Source: Octopus vulgaris
Taxonomy: Eukaryota
Direction of reading: 5' to 3'
Assembly (NCBI GenBank): GCA_951406725.2
Contig: OX597829.1
Span: forward strand, 54,312,001-54,376,000
DNA length: 64,000 nucleotides
Position numbers and translations under genes: made by a program. The notes under the pieces are model-generated. The model was not told where the DNA came from, ran no database searches, and worked only from the letters and a program-made list of their open reading frames with translations. This document shows, one piece after another, positions 12,805-25,530 of the stretch (position 1 is the stretch's first letter; every line of letters starts with the position of its first letter).

Positions 12805-13315
12805 TGTATCAGATGTGGTGTGCAAGAGAAACGACTGTGTTGGTATAGTCATGTGATGCGTATGGACGAGGACAGCTGTGTAAAGAAGTAGTGATCTCTA
12901 CCTGTGGAGGGAACCTTGTGGAAGAGGTAGACCCAGGAAGATGTGGGACAAAGTGGTGAAGCATGGTCTTCAAATGTTGGGTGTCAAAGTGATCAAGACC
13001 TTTGGCGATATGCTGTGCTTCAGAAGACTCGTTAAGCCAAGTGAAATCGTTGTCATGGTCAATGTTAGTGTCATGTGACTGGCACCGGTGCTGGCAGTAC
13101 ATAGAAGCACCCATGCCAGTGGCAGGTAAAAGGCACCCATTACACTCTTGGAGTGGTTGGCATTAGGAGGGACATCCAGCTGTAGAAACCATACCAAACT
13201 CAGATTGGAACCTGGTGCAGCTCTCCAGCTTACCAGTTTTCAGTCAGACCATCCAACTCATGCCAGCATGGAAAGCAGACGTTAAATACGGCTGCTGCTG
13301 CTGCTGCTGATGATA
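12805..13315 (+). mobile_element. PHD-RTE LINE 3' fragment, inverted relative to the adjacent copy
   Basis: RCGVQEKRL..W-like start through to the ccatccaactcatgccagcatggaaagcagacgttaaa tail. Confidence 0.85.
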
Positions 13316-13318
13316 TAT

Positions 13319-13765
13319 AGGTGCAAGAATGGCTCTGTGATAAGAAATTTGCTTCCCAACAACATGGTTTCAAGTTCAGTCCCAGCATGTGACAACTTGG
13401 GCAAGTGTCTTCTACTATAGCCTCAGGCCAGCCAAAGCCTTCTGAGTGGATTTGGTAGATGGAAACTGAAAGAAGCTTGTTTGTATGTGTGTGCATGCAC
13501 GTGCCTGTGTGTGTATGTGTGTGCATGTGTGTACATGTCTGTGTGTGTGTGTGTGTGTATGAACCTTTGTGCTTGTGTTTGTCCTCCACCACACCACTTC
13601 CACCACTACTTGACAAGTGGTGTTGGTTTGTTTACCATCCCTATTACTTAAGAGATTGGCAAAGAGAGGCCAATACAATAATACCAGGCTTAGAAATAAC
13701 AGTGAATATTGGGGTTTATTTCTTCAACTAAGCCCTTATGATGACTCAAGCAAGTAAATGATTAA
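13319..13765 (+). mobile_element. tRNA-derived SINE, family A (diverged)
   Basis: aggtgcaagaatggctctgtg...ttcagtcccagc head; ggaaactgaaagaagc; internal (TG)n. Confidence 0.8.
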
Positions 13766-14131
13766 GCACACACACACACACACACACACACACAAGTGGA
13801 TTTTTCAAATGGAAGTAGTGTTATAGCGGTTGGAACATGTTTATGAATTTTTATTTCGGGGATTGTGAACTAGGGTATCAAGTTACATGACAAAGGGTGA
13901 GCGGATATGGCTTTTAAGCTGTAAGAGAGAGTATTGAATATAAGTGACTAAGATTTCAAAACAAAAGGCTGCCCTAGAAAGAATGATCAGCCAATAAACT
14001 GAAGAAAACAGAGATATGTGTATTACCCCTTTTTCATATAAGTTAAGGAGTGGTTAGTTGAACTTAGTTTTCAGACAAGCAGACAAGTCATTAGTATTCA
14101 AGTACTTATTTTACATACATGCACTTTGTAT

Positions 14132-14166
<35 letters not shown>

Positions 14167-14170
<4 letters not shown>

Positions 14171-14410
14171 TCATCAACATCGTTTAACGTCTGTTTTCCA
14201 TGCTAGCATGGGTTGGACGGTTTGACCTGGGTCTGGGAAGCCAGGGGCTGCACCAGGCTCCAGTCTGATCTGGCAGTGTTTCTACAGGTGGATGCCCTTC
14301 CTAACACCAACCACTCTGAGTGGGTGCATTTTATGTACCACTGGCACAGGTGCCAGGGGAGGCTGGCAATGGCCACGATCAGTTTGTGCTTTTTATGTGC
14401 CACTAGCACA

Positions 14411-14443
<33 letters not shown>

Positions 14444-14769
14444 CACCATCCGAACATGGTCGATGCCAGATCCACTTGACTGGCTACCATGCTGGTGGCA
14501 CATAAGAAGCACCATCCAAATGTGGCTGATGCCAGTACCCCTTGACTGGCCCCCATGATTGATGCCAGGTCCACCTCACTGTCTCTTGCGCCGATGCCAC
14601 ATAAAAAGCACCCACTAAACTCTCGGAGTGGTTGATGTCAGGAAGGGCATCCAACATTGCTTGATCAGATTGGAGCCTGGTGCAGCCGTTGACTCTCCTG
14701 ACCTCAGTCAAATCGTCCAACCCATACCAGCATGAAAAATGGACATTAAGCAATGGTAATGATGATGAT
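14167..14769. mobile_element. Two oppositely oriented PHD-RTE LINE 3' ends (14167-14410 minus; 14441-14769 plus)
   Basis: (CAT)n tail at left, (GAT)n tail at right, (TA)n between them. Confidence 0.85.
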
Positions 14770-14770
14770 A

Positions 14771-15425
14771 CTAGCTTAAAAGCTGTCCTGTCAGGTGGCT
14801 TTTAAGCTAGTATATAGCTTTTAAGCAACTGACCATGAATGGGAAGATCTGCAAACAGATCTCTGACTTGTTTTGGAGAATTTGTTGTTGTTGCTTCCTC
14901 CAGAGTCATATCGCAATGACGATCATATTCATCGCAAAATATTATGTAAAAAATATCACCGAAAACAATTGCAGTAATGAAGACATAGGAATACAAAATT
15001 TCTGCATTGCAGATCTGAATTTTTTAATTTACTCATGGAGTCAGCCTGATTCCAAAATGGTATGATATGTTGGGCTACAGCCTCTAGGAGTAAAGTAGAA
15101 AAAGTGTGACACACTGACACACTGACATTTACATTTATTATATTATATTATATTAAGGTAACAAGCTGGCAGAATCATTAGCACACTGGGCGAAATGCTT
15201 AGTAGTATTTCGTCTGCCATTAGGTTTTGAGTTCAAATTCTGCTGAGGTCAACTTTGCCTTTCATCCTTTCAGATTTGATAAAATTAACACCAGTTACAT
15301 ACTGAGGTCAATGTAATCGACTTAATCCCTTCCTCCAGAATTTAAGGCTTTGTGCTTCCAGCAGAAAGGATTTATTAAAGTTGAAAAAGTATCACACACT
15401 GACATTCACATTCATTATATTAGAT
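14771..15425 (-). mobile_element. Non-autonomous Helitron with a RepHel remnant, interrupted by a SINE
   Basis: Minus strand has 5' TCTAATATAATGAATGTG and a 3' hairpin followed by CTAG|T (14768-14813); DRHCDMTLEEATTTNSPKQVRDLF resembles Helitron helicase DDxxWxxxLxEA....PxQLRxLF. Confidence 0.7.
15157..15375 (+). mobile_element. SINE family C (agctggcagaa..ttag..cgaaatgcttag); second copy at 25596-25800
   Basis: A-box/B-box-like head (gagttcaaattc), and homologous to 25596-25800. Confidence 0.7.
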
Positions 15426-15524
15426 ATATATAGGTGCAGGCATAACTGTGTGGTCAACCACATGGTTCCAGGTTCAGTCCCGCTGCATGGCACCTTGTGC
15501 AAATGTCTTTTACTATAGCCTTGG

Positions 15525-16242
15525 AGAAAATTCAGAGAGCTATTACCTCTGTTGGCCACAGAAGGTTTCTCTCTCTGAGTGAAAAGAAGATTGCATGATG
15601 CATATAAACAGACAGCAATTCTACATGGTTAGTGAGACGTGGGCCCTGGATGTAGAGGACATGCGAAGGTTAGAATGAAATGAAGCTAGTATGCCCCTGT
15701 GGATGTGTAATATAAGTGTACATCTGTGAAAGTGTTAGTGTTTTGAGAGAGAGGTTAGGCATAAGAGGAATTAGTTGCTGCGTGCAAGAGAGAAGAATGT
15801 ATTGGTTTGGTCATGTGATGCAGATGGATGCCAATAGCTTCATAAAGAAGTGCTAATCTCTTAAAGTAGATTGAACATGTGGAAGTGGGAGACTCAGGAA
15901 GACATGGGATGAAGTACTGAAGAACGACCTCAGGACAATGAACCTTTCGGGTGAGATGACAAAGGACCGAGATGCCTGGCTGTACTCAAGAAGAGTTGTA
16001 CTCCTCAGCAAAAGCGTTAAGACTAGTCCTTCTGGTGATAAAAAGCACTCAGGGCAGTGCCACATAAAAGCACCCAGCACACACTCTGTAAATTGGTTGG
16101 CGTTAGTAAGGGCATCCAGCAGTAAAAACTATGCCAAAACAAACTGGAGTCTGGTGCAGTGCCCCAGCTTGCCTGCTCTGGTCAAATCGTCCAACCCATA
16201 CCAGCATGGACAATGGATGTCAAATGATGATGATGATGATGA

Positions 16243-16245
<3 letters not shown>
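15525..16245 (+). mobile_element. Older PHD-RTE family 3' fragment with (GAT)n tail
   Basis: LHG*ETWAL, RRMYWFGHVMQM and GRLRKTWDEVLK motifs; tail at 16224-16245. Confidence 0.8.
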
Positions 16246-16292
<47 letters not shown>

Positions 16293-16329
16293 TGTATATA
16301 TTCCCTCTCTGCCATGCTGGGTGTTGTAG

Positions 16330-17480
16330 AATTGAACAACTTAACAGTATTCTTGTTGAGAATGCTCTAATATTTATATTGCAGGGAAAAGGTCCTATCA
16401 AGAATATGGAAGAAAATCTTAAAGATATTTGTTTTCAAAATGAAAGAATCTGCATGCTACATAATTAAAATGTATTATTTAGATTTTTGTATGTCTTACT
16501 TCTATCAAGGATCTTCCACTGCATGTTAAATTTGCTACCATATTCTTTCAGTGTCCAGATCTGATCAGATAATTCAGTTACATTCCTCCTTTCTATGTTC
16601 CCAAAGGAAGAAATATGGTCGGAATACCTTTTCTTGAGTCTGTCTTTTATCATGCTGCATAATGCTTATGTGCATTGTTTGGTATGGTGGAGGTGAATGC
16701 TGCTTCATAGATAATAGCTTCAGCATCACATGACTGATTAAGAGCGCATGTATCTTTGCATACAGAATACCTTTCTGTTGTTCTGGTTGGATTACATTGA
16801 AGTTTACATGTTGGTGTCACTGCAGCTCAGTTTTATGCTGTTTCATTTGGATAATTTTCTATATCGGTGATTAATTTGGAAATAGTTATTTATTAAGTCT
16901 GGAAAGTACTTTGCAATACAACTCAGTCTTTTCTTCTTGGTGGTGATGACAGATGTTAGGAGATGTGGTTAATATCACTGCTTTCGCTTACTTCTTGTAC
17001 TTTGTCGTTTCAGGGTTAAGCATTGTCAAAGATTAGAGGGAATATTATGGAAGATTGTTATTAAGCTTTTGAAAACTATGGATGGTGATAAGACTAATAA
17101 TATTTGTGAAATTTTCATCAAGTTTGGTATATGGGCACTATCTCAGAAATTTATGGTACTCAGGTTTGTGATCATGACTAATTTTCCCTAAGCTTATCTA
17201 AGGTACGTCTACTGGTGTATTGTAATGTAAACAGCCCATCATCTCTACATCAGTCAGTAGTACATAGTTATGAATTTTGTTTAGTGTATTTTAGCATTAC
17301 AGACAATCACAGATTTAAACCACAAAATATTCTTACTATATCCATTGATAGTTCTGTAATAATTTTTTAAGCCTGTGGTTAATTATTTATCCTGATGGAA
17401 CAAGCAAAAAACTTAACTAAAAGAGTCTTGAGATGGTTTATTTCATTAATTTTTTTGGTCTCAAACAATATCAAATCATA
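16330..17480 (-). mobile_element. Decayed Penelope-like element (RT plus GIY-YIG endonuclease)
   Basis: RT motif (Y)RDDGL read as CRDDGLF at about 17230-17250; NLSTINF*D; SIKLSC; LNQSCDAEAIIYEA; KKRYSDHISSF..RNVTELSDQIWTLKE..QWKIL. Confidence 0.8.
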
Positions 17481-17489
17481 ACATCTGGA

Positions 17490-18046
17490 TATTCTTCACT
17501 ATTAAGCATGAAATTCAACCTGCTGACATAACCAAGTTGATGCAGATGGTTTTCAACACTTGATTTTGATATTTGAGAATAGCTGCACTCATCCTGGTTG
17601 TATTACAGGGGTTAATGTCTGTCATCTGACTTCTTCATCTTGTTGCTGTTAATCTAATTTAATTAGCCAAGGTGAGGAGCATCTTGAACAAAAAAAAATT
17701 TCCAATCAAAACTTTGAAAACCACTTCTGGCACATGCAATTCCCAACAGCATCTTCTGCACAAACAGTGTATATCTTCCTGCAGGTTTTTCCATTTTCTT
17801 GCCTTTTTAAAGAAAAACTAAAAAGCTTGAGGTGCGGATAATGTTCATTTTGGTTCTTCATTTTCAGGATGATCTCAAGCATACAAAATACAACCTGTCA
17901 TACCATAGGTTTGTGTTGAATCTCATTGAAGTGTCAAGTATCTTGTGAGTTCACATACACAAAGAACAAATGGAAGTTAGCTACTTATTGGAGTACTTGA
18001 AGTTTAGTGTCAACAAAAACCAGTGAACTTTTTGGCCAACTCAATA
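17490..18046 (-). pseudogene. mariner transposon 5' remnant
   Basis: TIR tattgagttggccaaaaagtt; MKNQNEH..KKGK..CQKWFSKF..DAP..SKSSVENHLHQLGYVSRL. Confidence 0.8.
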
Positions 18047-18871
18047 TAATTTATTTTTCACTGCTCATAACTGGAAGATATAAAGGAATTTGATTCTATT
18101 GGCAACAGTGGAATGTTTATTTGTTAATAGCTACCAGGTTGTTGCTTGGTTGTTGATTCTCATGATTAATAATATCTGCTGTCCACTACAGCCATTATCG
18201 TAACGCTAATTACATAGTGTGATTCAAGTATTGGTTCTTTATCAATCTGTTGAACTAACCCACTTTGTTTGTAGTCCACTGTTTTTCCTTCCAATACAAT
18301 AATGTATTCCTGCTTTCTCGCTTTTCCTCATACCATTTGGTGACTCCTGACTCAAATATCATCCCTCACTCGTATACTTTTCATATGCAAGGTGCCAAAC
18401 CTGAGCACTCTGATTTAATCACAGTGAACATACTGGCTTCCTCCTTCAACACACAGTGAAGAGCACCCCTGGAGGAAATTGTGCAGACGAAAATGACCAG
18501 GAGACGGACTAAACTAAACGGACTTATCAGATTTTGTTTATGATGATGGTAGAACCATCATGTTGTAAAATCAAATCTAATGGATATTCAAATACTGGAT
18601 ATAGAAGCAATATCAGTTTTAGAATAAGAACTATTTCTACATTAATCTGGAAAATCCCATTACCATAATTTGGGACTCAAAGCTCTGGTTATAACAGGCA
18701 GAGAAAAAATACCTGTACAGAAACATGTGGCATAATGCAAACAGATGATAAATGGTGCCAAGGTGACACTAAATAACATATACAACTCGAATGTCTCAAT
18801 AAACTTCGAGATTTTTTCATAAAACGGTTTGCTTTCTTTATATCTTTCATAAATATCTGATTGATTCTCAC

Positions 18872-19121
18872 TTAACTCTTTGGAATTTAAACTGACCTTA
18901 TCAAACTCAAATATTCTACTTGTTTTATATTCAAACCAACCAGATCTGAGCTCTCTTACCCACCCTCCAATGTCATTCTAAAAATAAACAGTTCCATCAT
19001 GCCAAATCAGATTGGAACTTGTTGCAGCTCAAAGGTAATTGATAATGCACGATTGATTGCATGCAATATGAATGAATAAGCATTATATTTGACAGGCTAA
19101 TCTGAAAGTAAAAGGGTTTAA
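18872..19121 (-). mobile_element. piggyBac-like MITE (40488-40708 family)
   Basis: ttaactcttt...aaagggtttaa termini; reverse-complement homology (ccagatctg, tgtcattctaaaaa). Confidence 0.6.
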
Positions 19122-19319
19122 TATTGTCACGTAACAGTACTCTCAGTTATTTTTCCTGTTTATAATTGGTATAAAACTGACTGCAGTTGACAGCTTTTGC
19201 AAGTTTCTGATTTTCTGAAAAGTAATATTATGTTATTTCCTAACTATGAAGATTATTTATTTAATTATCATTGTTTTTATTAATTTATGAAGCTTGATGT
19301 ATATCTTCATGAAGGTAAA

Positions 19320-19677
19320 TCTCTCTCTATATAAAGCTGAAGTTGTCTGTATGATAGAAGAAGGCTTGCTCTTCATTCCGTAGAAGAAAAAATTCAAATT
19401 GGATCATGTTAACACCAAAAATTATTTACATCAAAAAGGTGCTTTTTTTCTATGAAAATCCCTATTTTTTACGATTTTTTGACTGCTGTGTTGCCATTTT
19501 TCGGTGTATTTCAACAAGAAAAATGGTCCCTTAAAGAGAATAACAAGCTACATAATGCAAAATTTTTACTTTTCAAAAATTCAAAAATTCCAATTCTAAA
19601 GAGTCGAATTCAAAATTCAAAAATTCCAATTCTAAAGAGTCGAAACAAACCCAAGAAACGCCAGGCGATACTGCTAG
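19320..19677 (+). mobile_element. Non-autonomous Helitron
   Basis: A|TC 5' end, decayed subterminal hairpin (cccaagaaacgccagg) and CTAG|T 3' end; internal about 31-bp tandem duplication. Confidence 0.7.
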
Positions 19678-20301
19678 TAAGCAATAAAAAGAGCATGATA
19701 CGATTTGTAATAAATAGAATTTGACTCAGTTTATTGAATTGAACAATATTTCATCAGTATATCTTGTTTTGGTTCAAAATGAAAAGTGATAAAAAATGCA
19801 GAAATATAGAAATGCAAAATATGAACGTGAATGTCCTACATTGTTCTTTACTCAAAATTTGTTACTTGAGTAACTTGCTACTCTTGTGAAGAGGGTGTGT
19901 GGATGTCCAGCAGGATTAAAAGCAAGACCTTTTGAAGGTGAGATGAGCTCCTTGTGGGCTAACAGCCATTCAGTTGGAGGGAGCAATGGCAAACTACCTC
20001 AATAGCCACCTAGAAAACACTATGAGGAAATCAAAACAAGGTAATGCAATGGACTTATCCAATGGAAGAACTTGTGTTTAATTGGGAAAACTTGTTCCGT
20101 AATGTCATCAGTGTGCTGTAAAGCATATGATACATGATAAGGTTGAACTTTCAGGTGTTCTTCAAATATACCATTTGATGCAAAATGTTTGGCAAGTTTC
20201 TTCAAACTGCTCTTGTTGTGCCTGTCATATGGAAACACTTGCACAAGAGAGAAAAATAACAACATGAATCAAGTCAATTCCTTCCACAAATTATTACAGA
20301 A

Positions 20302-20410
20302 ATGACCTGTAAGGATTCCCATTTGGTGTATGCAGCAGAATGCACCAAACACAACTTGATTTATGTTGGTTGCACATCAAAACAATTAAAAGATTCAATG
20401 GAGACAAGCA
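20302..20410 (+). pseudogene. GIY-YIG endonuclease fragment (Penelope-like)
   Basis: MTCKDSHLVYAAECTKHNLIYVGCTSKQL-KRFNG matches TCxSxNxIYxxxCxxCxxxYVGxTxxxLxxR. Confidence 0.7.
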
Positions 20411-22231
20411 TATATACACACACATATGGACTAGGTAATAGAAGTTACAGAGAGGGTTATAGCTCAACTAATTAGGGAGAGAGTTACCCTAAATGAGATG
20501 CAGTTTGGTTTTGTGTCAGGGAGAAGCACCACTAAATAATGATGATGATGATGATGATGATGATATATATATATGTGTATGTGTGTGTACACACACACAC
20601 ACATGCATATATATGTATAATGATCAAAGAACAAAGAAAAGAGAAATGATTGAGCAAAAGAAAAAAGTGAAGGAAGAAAGGAAGGAAGGAAGGTCTCAGC
20701 CAAGGAAAAAGATTCCTTACTTCATTGAAAGGTGAGGAATTGGATCTCTTCAGATATTGAACTCACAGCAGTAAGAAAGCAAAGAATTCGGTCCTGTATT
20801 CAATTCTTTCTGCTGTCGCTGGTAAAATCTTCTAAAATCATTGATCTTTTAGGAATGAACTCATCATTGATTTCTTAGACTGGCCATACTTCAGCAGAGT
20901 TGAAAGGAACTGGTCACACATAGAATGAGAGGTCTGTGGAATTATTCAGTATGGAGTGTCTTGCTTGGATGGAGGAGAAGGTTAATGCTTTGCAATGAAC
21001 ACAAACCTTTATTGGCCATATCAAACCAATGCAAGCCTGGGAACCATCTGGGTTCCAGGAAGACTTGCCCAGGTTCCGAATGGTCCTGCCAGTGCCTGAA
21101 AACTCTAATCATAACATGACTTGGTATTTAACTCATTCATTCTGTGATTGATTTTATTTCTGCAGAAGTCATGTTCCTCAATGTATTTTGGCGACTGACC
21201 TCACAAATTTGTCACTACAGGTGTTTATCCCACATAAATTTAATAAACAGGAGCCAGCAAATAAATGCCATAAGCAATATCTTCAATAGCGTAGGGATTT
21301 GAACCTCAACTGCTGCATATTCAGTTAGGAGCCTCAAGTGATCCACCACAGTTCCATGTGATTGGTCTTTAAATTGACCAATCAGCATGAACCTGTGGCA
21401 TGACATGGCTTCTTGGATGATCTAAAATTTGTCCCCTTTTTCACCCTATAAAAACCATTTATCACCTAATTTGGGCAGATGGCCTCAACAAAATGCTAGG
21501 GCAGACAGCCACAGGCATTAGCGTAGACCACCTCAGACATTCTGTCAGATCACCTAGAGCAAGAAATAGCTTTAGAAACTCATATTTGATGTATGCAACC
21601 AGCCTTCAACAAGACACAGTGCAGTTCTCTCCTCCCAGTTGGCAGTTATATTATCAGCATCTTTATTTTGTAAACAGTCAATGCAGTAAATCATATTCAA
21701 CAATAAATATTTTAAAAGTTAGAAGGTTGTGAGTTGGTTTCATTTATTATACATGCTGCCTGTTCTACAGCGTGATGATGGCGAACAATACTATACAGAT
21801 CAAGATCACAACCCCACAACGATGACAAACCAAGCAATCTCTTGACAATAGTTTTTCATATTGTTTCATCTTTTTATTTTGGTTAACATCTATCAAGTTC
21901 TCTGCATTCCATTGTGGTTTAAAGCATGTCAGAAAATGCAAGGTCTACATAAATAATCTACTATAAGAAAGATGGAAAGGAGGGATGGCCATAGATGAAT
22001 TGTCTTTGATTATAAGTTTATTTCATCAGAGCCCACATAGAACTACATAAAAACAACAGTCAAAACACTATCTCATTACTAACACGGAGATTTTATAAAT
22101 AGGTAATTGCTTCTATGAAACTGAATACCTCTGTAGCTAATAACAGCAAAATATTGTTCCAACAGACAAAGATGTATGATTGTCCACTGTAAGCTACTTA
22201 ACATCTGAGTACACAAAATTCTAGCCCCATA

Positions 22232-22454
22232 TATGGGGTGGGGGTGCTGAAAAGTTCCTAGCTTTAAGGGTGTCTTGGAAGGCCTGGTTGGAGACCCAAC
22301 CTTCTGAGTTCTTTTACAAGGCTTAGAAAAACTGAAGGGCTGCTGCAATAAGTATGTGAGTCTGTGAGGGGAATATGTTAAATAAAATCATAGTTAACTA
22401 ACCCTCTTGCATTTTCTTTTATCCAAAGCCAGGGACTTTTCAGTAACCCCTTAT
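22232..22454 (+). mobile_element. mariner-derived MITE
   Basis: TIRs ggggtgctgaaaagttcctagcttt / aaagccagggacttttcagtaacccc with TA flanks; retains the transposase tail GLEKLKGCCNKYVSL*GEYVK. Confidence 0.85.
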
Positions 22455-23084
22455 ATTAATTGTCCTAAAATTCTCGTTCAAATGTGTTACCTACCGAAAA
22501 CCTCTGAAAACATTTTATGGAAAAACAAGCAAGTTGCAACAAGTATAAAGAAACCAGCACATTTCGCAGAAAGGAATAATTTTTGTAATTAATACTGATA
22601 ATTGGCCTTATCATTTATTTCATAATGGCTATAATAAGCAGCTATTTTACATTTATTAGCTTCTATAATCAGTAGTTGTTCAGTTGTTAACAGAAATGAG
22701 ACCCATGATCAAAGGCATTCCAGCTGTTGCAGTTGTGTGTGTTTTTTAAGGTCATGCAGCACAGAATTATCTAATGTGTCCTTTCATTACTGAATATGGC
22801 AGAGTGATTTAGCTGCTATTTCTAACAGGATGAATTTTCGTATGAAGTCTGTTTGGAGAAGCCCTGCAAACATTCATTAACAACATTACTTGATCATGAT
22901 TTGTTTAAACCACAATAACTAGAAATATAACAAACATCCAAAGAACAATCCACTTATTATATTGATATAAAAACTACTGCTTAAACAAACAATTTAATTG
23001 CCTCTCATGACAGTTGGTGGCTTGAGATCAGTGAGTTCAAAGGAGCAGAGGCCATGGAGAAACAGAGACAGCATGTATGTAGTG

Positions 23085-23395
23085 AGGTTAGAAAGAGTGT
23101 GGCTTTCTGATTAGGATATTCAGCTCATAATCATAATGTCGTGAGTTCAATTCCTGGTGGTGTCCTTGAGCAAGACACTTTATTTCATGTTGCTCCAGTC
23201 CATTCAGCTGGCAAAAATGGGCAGTATCAGTAATTCAAAGGGCCAGCCTTGTCATACTGAATCTCCCCAAGAACTATGTTAAGGGTACACGTGTCTGTGG
23301 AGTACTCAGCCACTTGCACATTAATTTCATGAGAAGGCTGTTCCGTTGATCAGATCAACTGGAATTCTTGCCATCATAACTGATAGAGAACCAGG
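23085..23395 (+). mobile_element. SINE sharing its 3' half with family B (62578-62960)
   Basis: tcaaagggccagccttgtca...gaactatgttaagggtacacgtgtctgtggagtactcagccact...ctgttccgttgatc. Confidence 0.75.
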
Positions 23396-23399
23396 AACT

Positions 23400-24200
23400 A
23401 AAAGAGGTTTATGTTGGTGAGTCACTTCTTGGTAATCAGTTAGGAAACCTTTTATCTAGACATAGCCTATGATGTTTGTATATAACACTGAACCAAGATA
23501 TGAGAGACAGGCTAAGGCTTTCGATTGGAATTTTATGTACCAGTCATGATTGAACGTTCTGTTGATACCAAGTACAAAAAGCTGTTTTTATCAAATTTCC
23601 TGAGGGTGAAGGCCCATTTGGAATGATATAGGAGAGTATGTTTGGTTTTATGAAAGACAAACTGGAGATTATTAAGGAGGGAGAAAGATCAAGTTGTTGG
23701 AGGATGCTGATGGGGACTGCATCCATCAGCTTTGAGGCATTGAGAATGAGAGCAATAAACCAGTAGCTAATTGGGTCAGTTGACTTTCCTTCTTGCGAAT
23801 GAGACATTGCTAAAGATTGGAATGTATTCAAAAGAGCAAGATGGAAAAGTTTGAAGATAGAGAGTAGCTCTGAGGTGTTCATTCAAGGGCAGCAGAGAAG
23901 ACATTGTCAGGACCTGAAGTGTTGTTGGCTTGAAGCTACCCAGAGATACTTTTGCACTGAGTATGGTGGAGTAGAAAGAGATAGTTTTGGAGAAGATTCA
24001 CATAATGTGTTGCACTGTTAAGTTAGATGTAAAACACACAGCAGATATGGAACCATCCTCAGCGAGAGAACTCCTTACGGAACTATCAAGTTTCAAATGT
24101 GGAAGGAGTTGAGGATACACTAAAGTTTGTATAAATCCTTTTGGTAAGGGACTAAAGCAGTCGATAGTAGTTGGGAAGGGGGAAATTGGGAGGATTTACA
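23400..24200 (-). mobile_element. Decayed CR1/L2-type LINE RT fragment
   Basis: IFKLFHL..GKSTDPISYWFIALILNASKLMDAV resembles KKGxxxDPxNYRPIALxSxxSKxME; LVHKIP..LISWFS. Confidence 0.6.
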
Positions 24201-24954
24201 AGTAAAGTAATTTCACAAGGTAGACGCTTTCAGACCTAAAATATACACATCACACTCCTATGTCTCCTGTTCTATACAATGTGTACAAAACATAAATTGC
24301 TAAGTATTAAGGAAAACGTATTGAAAAGTTGCTGTAAACAAAGATACAGTAACCTTGGCGCTTTCCTTTGGCAATAAGACTATTATAATTTGAAAACTTG
24401 ACTGGACTATAACAAGAATTTGCCCTACTGATATTAAGACTTGTATGATCCTGACATCAACTGAAAGCTCCCAAAAAATAATTTATATGATGAGATGAAA
24501 TGATGAGACTTCAACTCAGTCCAGACAGCTTTCGACTGCCACACACACAACATTAACTGAACAACAGCAACAAAAACAAACACACTTGCAACAGTATTTA
24601 GGATTTGAAACTTTGTCAGATCATTAACGAGAAAAGGTCACAGTTTATCAAGTTTACATATTTGTCAGTGATTGTCCATACCAGGAGGTCTTAGCCTATT
24701 TTTCAACCAATTGCTGCTCTGATGCATTTATGTGGTGGCAAGATTAATGGAATATTCTACACAGTTTCATGCCAAATCATGATTATAAATCGAAAAGCAC
24801 AGGAAACACAAGCCAGGGGATTCATGAAGGTTTCCTTGGTTAACTGGTAGTTATGCCACTCCAACTTCTTGCATAAAAAAGATCACATCTCACCAAGTAT
24901 GACTGCATAACATTTTCTTCACTTGCTAAGCATGCATTCTCACACACTTATTCA

Positions 24955-25530
24955 GGGGTGGCTGTGTGGTAAGAAGCTTGCTTCCCAACCACATGGTTCC
25001 AGGTTCAGTTCCACTGCATGGAACATTGGGCAAGTGCCTTCTATTATACCCTTGAGCTAACCAAAGCTTTGTGAGTGGATGTGGTAGATTGTTGTGTGGA
25101 CGCACCCAGACGATGAAGTAGGCTAGTCCAATACATAGATATAGAGGGAGAAGCCTGGACGTCAGGGGCACAGCTGTGTAGAGAGCAGAGTAGTAGTGGT
25201 GAAAGTTCAGACTAGAACAGAGTAGTAGCAGAGAGCAGAGTTGAGTAGAAGGTATCTGAACATGTGACATAACATAGATGGAAACTGAAAGAAGCCCATC
25301 ATGTATGTGTGTGTATGCCTGGGTGTGCATGTGTTTTTGTATCTATGTTTGTCCTCCACCACTGCTTGACAACTGGTGATGTGTTTATGTCCCCATAATT
25401 TAGCGGTTTGGTAAATAATTCTGATAAAAAGAGTATTGGGCTTAAAGAGTGGTCGATTGACAAAGAAATTCTTCAAAGGTGATGCTTCACCATGGCCACA
25501 GTTTAATCACTGAAAGAAATAAAAGAAAAA
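24955..25530 (+). mobile_element. SINE family A interrupted by a solo LTR
   Basis: gtggctgtgtggtaag (A box) and ggttcagttcc (B box); the consensus resumes after 25279. Confidence 0.85.
25090..25274. mobile_element. 185-bp solo LTR with a 5-bp TSD (TAGAT)
   Basis: TGTTGTGT...ACATAACA inverted termini; TAGAT at 25085-25089 and 25275-25279; it interrupts a SINE exactly. Confidence 0.85.

Noticed and set aside
20020-20265. 81-aa minus-strand ORF as a host exon
   Set aside because: No recognisable domain or convincing donor; LQHTDDI may be a decayed RT motif.
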